Source of the DNA: an uncultured Chloroflexia bacterium
Lineage (GTDB): Bacteria; Chloroflexota; Limnocylindria; Limnocylindrales; CSP1-4
Reading direction: 5' to 3'
NCBI GenBank assembly: GCA_963746845.1
Contig: CAVVCZ010000004.1
Coordinates: 1,312,001-1,376,000 of the forward strand
DNA: 64,000 nucleotides
Position 1 is the first letter of the stretch; each line of letters begins with the position of its first letter. A program made the position numbers and the translations under genes. This document shows positions 9,701-19,339 of this stretch, in pieces. The notes under the pieces are model-generated. The model was not told the DNA's origin. It did no database searches and worked only from the letters and a program-made list of their open reading frames with translations.

Positions 9701-9970
9701 GGTGTGAGGTGATCCTCCGTGGCCGCCGGGGCCTGGTGGCCGACCGGAGGCGAGAGCTGGGTCGTCTCCCGGACGACCCCACGGGGCACCGTGCGCGTGG
9801 AGGGCGATCGGTGCGTCATGAGTCCGCGGTGAGTATACCGGCGAGCGGCCCTGGAGGTCGTGCGTCGTCCACCGTGACGCAACGTTAGCGAAACCCGGCC
9901 GCAACCTTCGCTGGTACAAGAGTCCCGGCCGCGGTCGGGGTGGTCGCCGGCGCGACGACGAGCCGAGGCG

Positions 9971-10816
9971 TCAGCGCTGGTAGAGCACCGCCGCGCCGAC
10001 GCAGCCCGGGCCGAGGTGCGGGCCGACCGACGGACCGACGATCGAGACGAGGACGTCGTCCGGGTCGAGGTTGCCGCGGCGGGCGACCTCGGCCTTGAAC
10101 TCCGCGACGTCGGGGGCCATCGTGTGGAGGATCGAGACGCGCTCGATCGGCCGGGCGCAGATCAGCTCGATGCAGCGCTCGCGCGACTTCGAGCGGGTTC
10201 GCGGCTTGTCGGCCGTCTCGACCGTGCCGTGCTCGACCGCGATGATCGGCTTGACCGAGAGCAGCGTCCCGATCGCGGCCTGGGCGCCGCTGATCCGCCC
10301 GCCCTTCTTCAGGTACTCGAGCGTCTCGAGCGAGACGTACATCCGAAGGTCGTCGGCCCGGTCGCGGAGGACGTCGGCGATCTCGGCCGCCGGCATCCCG
10401 CCCGCGGCGAGGTCCTGGCCCATGAAGCACAGGATCCCCTCGGCCATCGATGCGCCCTGCGAGTCGACGATGTGGATCTCCCGGTCCGGCAGCATCCCCC
10501 GGGCGATCTCGGCGGCCTTGATCGAGCCGGACAGCAATCCGGAGACATGGACCGAGATGATCGCGTCGGCGCCTTCGGCGAACGCGCCCTCGTAGATCGC
10601 CTTGACCTCCCCGGGGCTCGCCGCCGCGGTCTTCGGGAACGGTGCGTCGGGCGCCGTCATCCGCGTCCAGAAGTCCGCGGTCGAGAGATCGACGCCGGCG
10701 CGGTACTTGTCGGCGCCGAATGTCACCTCGAGCGGCACGACGCGAATGCCCGCCCCCTGGGCGACCGCCGGGTCGAGGTCCGACGCGGAATCGGTGACGA
10801 ACGCGATCCGGGCCAC
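9971..10816 (-). CDS. DegV family fatty-acid-binding protein
   Basis: VTDSASDL, SGLLSGS, YLKKGGRI, VGPHLGPG. GGAGGGAG RBS before GTG. Confidence 0.93.
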   Translation of the reverse strand: MARIAFVTDSASDLDPAVAQGAGIRVVPLEVTFGADKYRAGVDLSTADFWTRMTAPDAPFPKTAAASPGEVKAIYEGAFAEGADAIISVHVSGLLSGSIKAAEIARGMLPDREIHIVDSQGASMAEGILCFMGQDLAAGGMPAAEIADVLRDRADDLRMYVSLETLEYLKKGGRISGAQAAIGTLLSVKPIIAVEHGTVETADKPRTRSKSRERCIELICARPIERVSILHTMAPDVAEFKAEVARRGNLDPDDVLVSIVGPSVGPHLGPGCVGAAVLYQR

Positions 10817-10933
10817 GGCTCCCTCCTCTGAGCTTCCCCTCGCCACGATGATACGGGACCACAACCGGGCTCCGGACCGGTCGGCGACCCGCGTCTGGTC
10901 CGCCGACGTCCAAGGCGGTTACGCTGGCGGGAC

Positions 10934-12259
10934 ATGGATCGTTCTCTGTGGGCCGTGCTCGTCGGCACGTTCACGCTGCGTTTCAGCACGGGCCTCACGG
11001 GCACGATGCTGGCCGTCTATCTCGCGAAGCTGCCCGAGCATGGCGGCCCCGTGGTCGCGGCGACGACGCTGGCCGTCCTCCACGCGACGTTCTATCTCAG
11101 CGAGCTCGGCCTCTCGCCGATCTTCGGCGTCCTGTCGGACCGGATCGGCCACCATCGGGTGATGCTCATCGGCCCCGCGTTCGGAGCGGTCGCGGTGATC
11201 CTGACCGGTCTCACCACGAACCTGCTCCTGCTCGGCGGAACCCGGATCCTGGAGGGCGCGTCGACCGCCGCGAGCGTCCCCTCCATCCTCGGCTACATCG
11301 CGCTCGTGACCGCCGGCAACGAGGTTCTCCGGGGCAAGGCCGCCGCGCGGTTCGAGGGGGCGACGCTCGCCGGACTCGGCGTCGGGCTGGTCATCGCGCC
11401 GCTCCTGTTCGCGGCGCTCGGTCCCGCCGCGTTCTTCCTGAACGCGCTGGTCTACGGGGTCTCCTACCTGATCTACCGATACGGCGTCGAGGACCGCCAG
11501 GGCGTCGAGCGCGCAGAGCGCGCCGCGCGGGCGGACCGTCCGCGCATGGACCTCGGCCGATACGCGGCGCTGCTCCGCACGTCCCACGTCTGGCTCCTGG
11601 CGCCGACCTGGATCGCGGTCAACGCGGCGATCGGCGTGTGGTTCAGCCAGGCCATCTTCAACTTCTCCCGCGCCAATCCCCGCTTTCCGGACCAGCTCCT
11701 GATGCGCGGCTTCCAGCCGTTCCAGATCTCCCTGGCGGCGATCGCGATCGGCGTCGTGTTCTTCGCCGGCCTGATCTACTGGGGCAACCGCTTCAAGACC
11801 CTCCGCCGAACGACGATCATCGCGGGCGGGATCGCCGGCGGGATCGTCATGGCGATCGGCGTCTACGTCGTGAACCATGGCCACGCGCTGCCGCTCGTCC
11901 TGACGCTCGCGGGAGGCGTTGCCGCAGCGGCCGGCCTGTTCGTCCTCGCCGGTGCGACGCCGGCCGCGGTCGGTCTCCTCGCCGACATGTCGGAACGCTT
12001 CCCGACCGACCGCGGAGCGATCATGGGCCTCTACTCGGTGTTCCTCGCGATCGGCCAGATCGTGGGCAGCCTGATCGGCGGCTACGCGGCCGAGTCGCAC
12101 GGGATCGATGGGTTGCTCGCCGCCACGATCGTTCTGCTGATCATCGCGCTGCTCCCGACCGCGCAGCTGCGCCGCCAGGAGTACCTGCTCGAGGAAGAGC
12201 ACCCGGAGCTCGCTCCCACGTCCGCCGCCCACGAGGCGCCGCCCGCAGCACCCGCATGA
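10934..12259 (+). CDS. MFS transporter
   Basis: About 12 TM segments; GVLSDRIGHHR motif A. Confidence 0.9.
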   Translation: MDRSLWAVLVGTFTLRFSTGLTGTMLAVYLAKLPEHGGPVVAATTLAVLHATFYLSELGLSPIFGVLSDRIGHHRVMLIGPAFGAVAVILTGLTTNLLLLGGTRILEGASTAASVPSILGYIALVTAGNEVLRGKAAARFEGATLAGLGVGLVIAPLLFAALGPAAFFLNALVYGVSYLIYRYGVEDRQGVERAERAARADRPRMDLGRYAALLRTSHVWLLAPTWIAVNAAIGVWFSQAIFNFSRANPRFPDQLLMRGFQPFQISLAAIAIGVVFFAGLIYWGNRFKTLRRTTIIAGGIAGGIVMAIGVYVVNHGHALPLVLTLAGGVAAAAGLFVLAGATPAAVGLLADMSERFPTDRGAIMGLYSVFLAIGQIVGSLIGGYAAESHGIDGLLAATIVLLIIALLPTAQLRRQEYLLEEEHPELAPTSAAHEAPPAAPA

Positions 12260-12269
12260 GGGCGACAGC

Positions 12270-13961
12270 GTGAGTGCGGCGGCTCGTCCCGGCGACGGCG
12301 GCCGGCCGCTGGTCCCGATGCCCCTGGTTCGGGGCGCTCGCGGCGCGGTCGTCGCGCCCCACCACCTCGCCACGGCCGCCGGGCTGTCGATCCTCCGGGC
12401 CGGGGGTCACGCGGTCGACGCGGCCATCGCGACGAACGCGGTCCTCGGGGTCGTCCTGCCGTCCGCGTGCGGGATCGGCGGCGACGCGTTCTGGCTGATC
12501 TGGGACGAGGCGACGGGTCGCCAGACCGCGCTGAACGGCTCCGGACGAGCGCCGGCGACGGCCGATGCCGCCTCGTTGCGGGCCGGCGGGCTGGCCGTGC
12601 TCCCGTACCGGGGGCCGCTCGCGGTCACGGTGCCCGGCGCCGTTCGATCGTGGGGCGACGCGCATGCCCGACACGGCCGGCTGTCGAGGGCGGACGTCCT
12701 CGCCCCGGCGATCCAGCTCGCGCGCGACGGCTTCCCCGCCTACGACGGGTTCATCTCGGCCGTCGAGGGCACGCTGCCGGCGATCCTCGACGAGCTTGGC
12801 GCGGGCTCCGGGTTCGAGCGCGTCTACCGGCCGAACGGCAGGCCCTGGCGACCCGGCGAGCGCGTCCGCCTGCCGGCCCTGGCGACGACGCTCGAACGCC
12901 TCGCCGACGCCGGCTTCGACGACTTCTACGACGGTGAGATCGCCGAGCGGCAGGCCGCCGGGCTCGCGTCGGTCGGGTGCGGGATCACGGCCGGCGACCT
13001 GGCGACGCACACCTCGACCTGGACGGACCCGATCGCGACCACCTACCGCGGCACGCGGGTCACGACGCACCCGCCGAACAGCTCCGGCCTGGTCGCACTC
13101 GAGCTCCTCAACATCCTCGAGACGTTCGAGCCGCCGGCGGCCGGTGCGTTCGGGCCGGTCGGAGTCGAGGACGCGCGCTGGGTCCATCTCGGGATCGAGG
13201 CGGCGAAGCTCGCGATGGCCGACCGCGACTTCCACCTGTCGGACCCGGAGTTCGTCGACATCCCGCTCGACCAGCTGCTGTCCAAGGGGCATGCGGCCGA
13301 GCTGGCCCGCCTCATCGATCCGCACCGCGCGGCGATGCCGCCCGCCGCGACGAACCCACGCGGCGGTGGGACGATCTATCTCGCGACCGTCGACGCCGAC
13401 GGGAACGCGGTGAGCCTGATCGAGTCGAACTACATGGGGTTCGGGTCGGGCGTGGTGGACCCCGGCACCGGCATCCATTACCAGAACCGCGGGTCGTACT
13501 TCAGCCTCGATCCGGACCACCCGAACGTGCTCGCGCCGGGCAAGCGGACGCTCCACACGCTGCTCCCCGGGATGCTGTTCCGGCACGGCGAACGGCGGCC
13601 GTGGGTCGTGACCGGCTCGATGGGCGGTGACGCCCAGCCGCAGATCCATGCCCAGGTCGTGTCGGCGCTCGTCGACGGCGGCGTGGACGTCGCGACGGCG
13701 GTGGGCGCGCCGCGCTGGTTCGTCGACGGGGAGGCCCACTTCGCGCCACCGGTCAACGTCCGGGTCGAGCGACGCTACCCGGCGGTGATCCTGGACGAGC
13801 TGGAGGCCCTGGGCCACCCACTCACGCGGACGATCCCGTTCAACGGGCTGCTCGGCCACGCCCACGCGATCGAGCTGGTCGATGGCGGGCCGGCGGAGGC
13901 GGACGGCTCGCTGACGGCCGCGACGGATCCCCGGAGCGCGGGCCTGCCGGCGGTCTGGTAG
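12270..13961 (+). CDS. ggt: Gamma-glutamyltransferase family protein
   Basis: GGHAVDAAIA, GIGGDAF, TVPG, nucleophile Thr in GGGTIYLATVD, PGKRTLHTL, MGGDAQPQ, DPRS. Confidence 0.92.
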   Translation: MSAAARPGDGGRPLVPMPLVRGARGAVVAPHHLATAAGLSILRAGGHAVDAAIATNAVLGVVLPSACGIGGDAFWLIWDEATGRQTALNGSGRAPATADAASLRAGGLAVLPYRGPLAVTVPGAVRSWGDAHARHGRLSRADVLAPAIQLARDGFPAYDGFISAVEGTLPAILDELGAGSGFERVYRPNGRPWRPGERVRLPALATTLERLADAGFDDFYDGEIAERQAAGLASVGCGITAGDLATHTSTWTDPIATTYRGTRVTTHPPNSSGLVALELLNILETFEPPAAGAFGPVGVEDARWVHLGIEAAKLAMADRDFHLSDPEFVDIPLDQLLSKGHAAELARLIDPHRAAMPPAATNPRGGGTIYLATVDADGNAVSLIESNYMGFGSGVVDPGTGIHYQNRGSYFSLDPDHPNVLAPGKRTLHTLLPGMLFRHGERRPWVVTGSMGGDAQPQIHAQVVSALVDGGVDVATAVGAPRWFVDGEAHFAPPVNVRVERRYPAVILDELEALGHPLTRTIPFNGLLGHAHAIELVDGGPAEADGSLTAATDPRSAGLPAVW

Positions 13962-14286
13962 CCACGCCCGACCTGCCCCGTTCGGCCCCGTCACCCCCGC
14001 CCAGCCCGCGGCCCCCGGCCCCCGGCCCCCGCCGCGCGCGTTGCGCCCAGCGCACGAAACGACGCCCGAACGGCCGGACTGTCGCCCGAAACGGCCAATT
14101 CCGCCCACTCTGACGTCGGATGGTGCGTCCAGTGCGTCAATCGGCGCTCGAGCGAGCCGTCAGCCGTCGTTTGACGCGCCCAGCGCAATGCCGGCGCCGG
14201 GCCCGAACGCCCGTGAGCGAGGAGCGGAGTGGCCAACGCAGTCCAGCGTCGTTCCAGTGCGACAGCATTGGAGTTATGCTCGGCCC

Positions 14287-14327
14287 CACCGGTGGCGGGC
14301 TGCGCTCACACGACGCCGCCACCGGTG
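14287..14327. other. Strong hairpin in the 5' leader of the small Cys-rich gene
   Basis: CACCGGTGGCGG-N17-CCGCCACCGGTG, between a TATGCT -10-like box and GTG 14358. Confidence 0.5.
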
Positions 14328-14357
14328 AACCCACCGATCGGTTGACGGAGCCGCCGC

Positions 14358-14630
14358 GTGACCTCGAACGTCGGGCAGAACTACCCCTACACGAGCGAGA
14401 CCGAGGCCGATCGCGCCGCCGCGATCGCGAGCCTCACGGCCAGGCGCGAGGGTCTGTCCGACACCCTGGAGGCCGAGACGACGCCCGTCGACGTCAACGA
14501 GCAGTGGTGGGTCTGGAAGTGCCCGACCGCGGGCTGCCCCGGCCTCCTCCACGTCGCGGGCTACGCGCTGGACAAGCACGCCCTGTTCGTCGTCTGCGAC
14601 GGGACCTGCGGCAAGACGTTCCTCCGCTGA
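14358..14630 (+). CDS. Small protein with C-terminal zinc-ribbon-like Cys pairs
   Basis: WKCPTAGCPG...VCDGTCGKTF; GGAG RBS. Confidence 0.8.
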   Translation: MTSNVGQNYPYTSETEADRAAAIASLTARREGLSDTLEAETTPVDVNEQWWVWKCPTAGCPGLLHVAGYALDKHALFVVCDGTCGKTFLR

Positions 14631-15388
14631 CGGCCCGCGCCCCCGGCACCGCTCCCCTGCCCGCGGACGAGCTCCGCGTCGCGCGGCGCCGGCTCGTCCT
14701 CGACGGGATGGGCATCCTCGTCTCCGCCGCCGGCTTCGGCTTCGTCTTCGGCCTGACGGCCCGGACGGTCGGCCACTACTCCCCGATCGAGGCGATGGCG
14801 ATGAGCCTCATCGCGTTCGCCGGTGCCGCCCAGTTCGCGACGATCGGCTATGTCGTCGCGGGCATCTCCTGGCCCGTGATCGCCCTCCTGACGTTCCTCC
14901 TGAACGCGCGTCACGCCCTGTACTCGGCCGCCATCGCGCCATGGTTCGTGGGCACTCCGTTCGGGCAGCGCGCCGTCGCCGCCCATCTCCTGACCGACGA
15001 GGCGTTCGCCCTCTCGACGACCCACTTCCGCCGGATCGGCCGGTTCGACCCATTCGGCTACTGGTTCGCCGCGATCGTCACGACCCTGATCCCCTGGAAC
15101 ATCGCCACGCTCGCGGGCGTGACGATCGGCGCCTCGATCGTGAACCCCTCGTCGCTCGGGATCGACGTCATCTTCCCGGCGGCGATGGCCGGCCTCGCCG
15201 TCGGGCTGATCACCGGCCGGCGCGAGCTCGCCGCGGCACTGGCCGGCGCCGCGATCGGGGTCGGCGTGACGCTGGCCGTGAGCGCGACCGCCGGGGTCAT
15301 CGCGGGCGGCGTCATCGGGCCGTTCGTCGGCTTCCTCATCCCGTCGTCCGAGGCGACCGAGCCCCCGGCGATCGGTGTCGACATTTGA
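14627..15388 (+). CDS. azlC: AzlC family branched-chain amino acid exporter permease
   Basis: FAGAAQF, LLNARHALYS, LTDEAFA, GIDVIFPA. Start is CTG 14627 (CTGA overlap) or ATG 14708. Confidence 0.9.
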   Translation: MTARAPGTAPLPADELRVARRRLVLDGMGILVSAAGFGFVFGLTARTVGHYSPIEAMAMSLIAFAGAAQFATIGYVVAGISWPVIALLTFLLNARHALYSAAIAPWFVGTPFGQRAVAAHLLTDEAFALSTTHFRRIGRFDPFGYWFAAIVTTLIPWNIATLAGVTIGASIVNPSSLGIDVIFPAAMAGLAVGLITGRRELAAALAGAAIGVGVTLAVSATAGVIAGGVIGPFVGFLIPSSEATEPPAIGVDI

Positions 15389-15711
15389 GCACGGACCTCG
15401 TCCCGCTCGCGGTCGTGATGTGGGCCGTCACCTATCCATCGCGGGCGGTCGGGCTGCTCGCGCCGTCGATGGATCGGCTGCCGCGACCGGTGCTCGACTA
15501 CCTCCGGCTCGTCGGCCCGGCCGTTCTGGCCGCGCTCGCGGCCGTCAACACGCTGTTCCCCGACTCCCAGGAGTCGTCGATCGTGGTCGGCGTCGCCTGG
15601 GTCTCGGTCGCCGCCTGCATCGCGATCGTCGTCTGGCGGCGGAACCTGTTCCTCGGGCTGGTCGTGGCCGTCGCGATCGCGATCGCCGGGAGGGCCGCCG
15701 GCCTGCCCTGA
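15385..15711 (+). CDS. azlD: AzlD domain protein
   Basis: VTYPSRA..LVGPAVLAAL..RNLFLG; TTGA overlap with azlC. Confidence 0.85.
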   Translation: MSTDLVPLAVVMWAVTYPSRAVGLLAPSMDRLPRPVLDYLRLVGPAVLAALAAVNTLFPDSQESSIVVGVAWVSVAACIAIVVWRRNLFLGLVVAVAIAIAGRAAGLP

Positions 15712-15729
15712 CGGGTCCAACGCCCCGGG

Positions 15730-16137
15730 TCAGCTGCGACGGACGGCGTCCGCCTCGACCTCGACGAGGAGCGAGGGGTCGATCAGCGCGCCGACCTCGA
15801 GGAGCGTGGATGCCGGCCGGATGCCGCCGAAGACCTCCCCGTGGACCGCGGCGACCGCGAGACCGTCCGTCATCGAGACGACGTACATCCGCGTCCGCAC
15901 GACGTCCGCGAGGCCGAAGCCCGCCTCCTCCAGCGCGCGCGCCACGATCGCCCACGAGGCGCGGGCCTGGGCGGCCGCGTCCCCGGGATGCGCGGACGTC
16001 CCGTCGGCACCGGTGTCGGTGGTGCCGGCGACCCAGCAGCGATCGCCCTCGACGATCGCCCGGCTGTAGCCGAACCGCTCCTCGTACGGGCCGCCGGACG
16101 AGATCCGTCGGCGCGCGGCGGGGTCGGCCGCCGTCAC
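15730..16137 (-). CDS. RidA/YjgF family protein
   Basis: GYSRA, VAGTT, DVVRTRMYV, RPAST, LLVEVEADA. GTGA overlap with the M20 gene. Confidence 0.9.
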   Translation of the reverse strand: MTAADPAARRRISSGGPYEERFGYSRAIVEGDRCWVAGTTDTGADGTSAHPGDAAAQARASWAIVARALEEAGFGLADVVRTRMYVVSMTDGLAVAAVHGEVFGGIRPASTLLEVGALIDPSLLVEVEADAVRRS

Positions 16138-17396
16138 GACACCGGCGCCGGGCCGGCGTCCCGCCATGCCGCAGCCTCGGGATCGCGCCCGATCGCGAGG
16201 ATCAGCGCGGCCACGAGCGCGGTCCGCGGCACGATCGAGGCGACCTCCAGGTATTCCGCGGGCGAGTGGTCCATCCCGCCGATCGGTCCCAGACCGTCCA
16301 GCGTCGCGACGCCCATCCCGGACGTCGTGTTCGCATCGGACGCCCCGCCCGTGGCCGCGGCCCCGACCGTGAACCCGAGCCGTTCGGCGAGGGCCTGCAC
16401 GTGGTCGACGAGCCGGCCGGATCGATCGAGCTTCTCCATCGGCCACCAGCGGGCCATCTCGGTGACCTCGGCGCGAGTGTCGGGCACCGCGAGGGTCGCG
16501 AGCATCGCCCGGATCTCGGCCTCGGCCGTCTCGAGATCGGCTCGCCGGACGGCCCGCAGGTCGACCTCCAGAGAGCACCGCTCCGCGACGACGTTCGGCC
16601 GGGTCCCGCCCTGGATCACCCCGACATTGACCGTGACCCCGTCCCAGCGCCCGTTGAGGGCGTGCAGCCGGGTCACCAGGTCGGCCGCGGCGAGCACCGC
16701 GGAGCGGCCCTTCTCGGGCTCGACGCCCGCATGCGCGGCCCGCCCAGACACGGTGATCCGCGCGTCGACGATCCCCTTGCGCGACGAGACGATGTCGCCG
16801 TTCGCGCGGGCGCACTCGAGGACGAGACAGGCGTCGCTCTCCGCGGCGATCTCGCGGATGTGGGGCGTCGAGGTGATCGAGCCGATCTCCTCGTCCGGGT
16901 TCGCGACGAACGTCACCCGTTCGAACGGCAGCGGACCGCGCGCGACGAGGGTCTTCAGGGCATAGAGGCCGGCCAGCAACCCGGACTTCATGTCCGTGAC
17001 CCCGGGCCCGCGCGCGATGCCATCGGCGTCGATCGAGAACGGCCGCTCAGCGGCGGTCCCCGGGTCGAACACCGTGTCCATGTGCCCGATGAGGAGGAGC
17101 CGTGGACCACCCGTCGCCCCGTGCCCGGTCTCGGCATCCCACGTTCCGATGACCGTGGCAGCGAACCGGCCAGCCGGGTCCGGTCGCCGTTCGACGCGAG
17201 CGCCGACCCCCGCGAGGAAGTCGGCGACGAACGCGCCGATCCGGTCCACGCCCTCGGGCGTGTACGAGCCACAGTCGGTGTTCACCAGGCGCTCGAGATC
17301 GGCGAGGTACGCGGGCTCGCCGGCACGGGCCGCCGCCTCGATCTCGGCCAGCTCGTCGGCGGCGACGCCCGCACCCGGGGTCGTCAGGGTGTCCAT
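16134..17396 (-). CDS. M20 metallopeptidase (glutamate carboxypeptidase-like)
   Basis: GHMDTVF, GPGVTDMKSG, DEEIGS, HAG..PEKG, GGASDAN, H-S-P-A-E. Confidence 0.92.
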   Translation of the reverse strand: MDTLTTPGAGVAADELAEIEAAARAGEPAYLADLERLVNTDCGSYTPEGVDRIGAFVADFLAGVGARVERRPDPAGRFAATVIGTWDAETGHGATGGPRLLLIGHMDTVFDPGTAAERPFSIDADGIARGPGVTDMKSGLLAGLYALKTLVARGPLPFERVTFVANPDEEIGSITSTPHIREIAAESDACLVLECARANGDIVSSRKGIVDARITVSGRAAHAGVEPEKGRSAVLAAADLVTRLHALNGRWDGVTVNVGVIQGGTRPNVVAERCSLEVDLRAVRRADLETAEAEIRAMLATLAVPDTRAEVTEMARWWPMEKLDRSGRLVDHVQALAERLGFTVGAAATGGASDANTTSGMGVATLDGLGPIGGMDHSPAEYLEVASIVPRTALVAALILAIGRDPEAAAWRDAGPAPVS

Positions 17397-17473
17397 GGGC
17401 CGAAGTCTAGGTGCGCCGCGGTGTCTCACGTGCCGTCACCGGCACCACAGGCCCGGACTATGCTGCCCGGACC

Positions 17474-19282
17474 GTGCGCGTGATCGAGACTCGCCTGCTC
17501 GAGGGACCGAACGTCTACCGGCTCGAGCCGGTGGTGAAGATCGAGGTTGCGGTCGGTCGCCGTCGGACGTGGTACGGCCAGCGGAGCCCCGGCCGCCACG
17601 CGCTCGTCCACCTCGGCGCGGACGTCGCGCCGCGCGACTGGCCGCTTCCCGTCGACGGGTTGGTCGGCTGGATCCGGCGGCTCCGCGTGGACCACGGCGA
17701 GGGCCGGGGTGGAGTGGCCGTCCACCGCTCATCGGACCCCGGGCACTGGATCGTCACGTTCCCCTGGACCGGCGCCGAGCGGGCCCAGACGATCGCGGAC
17801 GCGGCCGTCGGGCTGGCAGAGCGCGACGTCTCGCCCGTCCGACGTGCACACCTGACCGGCTCCCAGGAACGCCAGGTCGCCCGCTGGTCCGAGCGGATCG
17901 CCGAGTCGCGGGCCACGCCGCCTGCATGGGTCCGGGACGCCGATCGGCGGATCCCGGTCGTCTCGATCACCGGGACGAACGGCAAGAGCACCGTGACCCG
18001 GCTCGTCACCCACATCCTCAAGGTCGCGGGACGGCGGGTCGGGACGACGACGTCGGACGGGGTGCTCGTCGACGAGCGGCTGGTCGAGCCGGGCGACTGG
18101 ACCGGGCCGGGCGGCGCGTGGCAGATCCTCGAGCGATCCGACGTCGACGTCGGCGTGCTGGAGACCGCCCGGGGTGGGCTGGTCCTGCGCGGGATGGGCT
18201 ACGAATCGAACGACGCGAGCGTGATCACCAACGTCACGTCCGACCATCTCGACCTGCAGGGGATCCACACGCTGCCAGAGCTGGCCGAGGTCAAATCCAC
18301 GGTCGCCCGCGCGACCCGTCCCGAGGGCTGGGTCGTCCTGAACGCCGACGACCCGCTCGTCGCGGCGGTCGCGCGGCGGGTCCGGGCCCACATCGCGATG
18401 TTCTCGCTCGGTTCGGGCCGGGGCCTCGCGACCGTCCGGCGGACCGCCGCGAACGGCGGCCGAGGCTACGTCCTCCGCGACGGCTGGCTCGTCGAGATCG
18501 ACGGGAGCCATGGCGGTGCGCACGACGGCCATGGCAGCCACGGTGGTCACGACGACGACCCGGTCGAGCACCGGATCATCGAGGTCGACCGTGTGCCGAT
18601 CACCCTCGGCGGGCTGGCCCGCCACAACGTCGCGAACGCCCTCGCCGCAGCCGGGGCCGCGCGCGGACTCGGGGTGACGCTCGCCCAGCTCCGGGACGGC
18701 CTCGCGGACTTCCAGCCGTCGTCCGAGCGCTCGCCGGGTCGCCTGAACCTGTTCCGGCTGGGCGCGCGGATCGTGATCGTCGACTTCGCCCACAACGAGG
18801 CCGGGGTCAACGCGGTCCTCGACGTGGCCGAGGGGATCGCCGGCGGGGCCGCCGGCCGGACGGCGCCGGTGACGGCGATCGTGGGCACGGCCGGCGATCG
18901 CCCGGACGACACGCTCCGGGGGATCGGGCGGATCGCCGGACAACGCGCCCAGCGGGTCGCCATCAAGGAAACCCTGAAGTACCTTCGCGGCCGGAGCCGC
19001 GAGTCGGTGGTCGGCGAGATCCTGGCGGGGATCGCGTCCGCGAAGCGGTCGACCGCCGACGTGACGGTCTACGAGTCGGAGACCGCGGCACTCCGCGGGG
19101 AGCTGGCAAGGAGCGACGGAGCGAGCAAGCCCGAGGCGCCCCGCGTGATCGTCCTGATGTGCCACGAGGAGCGCGAAGAGGTGTTCGCGCTGCTGACGGA
19201 GCTCGGCGCCCGCCCGGTCGACGTCGGCAGCGAGCTGACGACCCTCGTCCCGCGGCTCCAGACGCGGCCGCGCCGCGCCTGA
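17474..19282 (+). CDS. Cyanophycin-synthetase paralog: CphA-like N-terminus plus Mur-ligase (M) domain, no ATP-grasp domain
   Basis: N-terminus VRVIETRLLEGPNVY matches CphA LRIIETRILRGPNYW, followed by ITGTNGKST, LETARGG, DHL, LNADD, PGRLN, DFAHN, GDRPDD. Confidence 0.88.
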   Translation: MRVIETRLLEGPNVYRLEPVVKIEVAVGRRRTWYGQRSPGRHALVHLGADVAPRDWPLPVDGLVGWIRRLRVDHGEGRGGVAVHRSSDPGHWIVTFPWTGAERAQTIADAAVGLAERDVSPVRRAHLTGSQERQVARWSERIAESRATPPAWVRDADRRIPVVSITGTNGKSTVTRLVTHILKVAGRRVGTTTSDGVLVDERLVEPGDWTGPGGAWQILERSDVDVGVLETARGGLVLRGMGYESNDASVITNVTSDHLDLQGIHTLPELAEVKSTVARATRPEGWVVLNADDPLVAAVARRVRAHIAMFSLGSGRGLATVRRTAANGGRGYVLRDGWLVEIDGSHGGAHDGHGSHGGHDDDPVEHRIIEVDRVPITLGGLARHNVANALAAAGAARGLGVTLAQLRDGLADFQPSSERSPGRLNLFRLGARIVIVDFAHNEAGVNAVLDVAEGIAGGAAGRTAPVTAIVGTAGDRPDDTLRGIGRIAGQRAQRVAIKETLKYLRGRSRESVVGEILAGIASAKRSTADVTVYESETAALRGELARSDGASKPEAPRVIVLMCHEEREEVFALLTELGARPVDVGSELTTLVPRLQTRPRRA

Positions 19283-19339
19283 TCGGTCCATCGACTCCCG
19301 GGGTGCTCGCCCGGCGGGCAGCGGCGGGTTGACCCGGGC

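Noticed and set aside
13994-14030. C-run tract (potential minus-strand G-quadruplex)
   Set aside because: Such runs are expected by chance at this GC level and nothing else supports a function.
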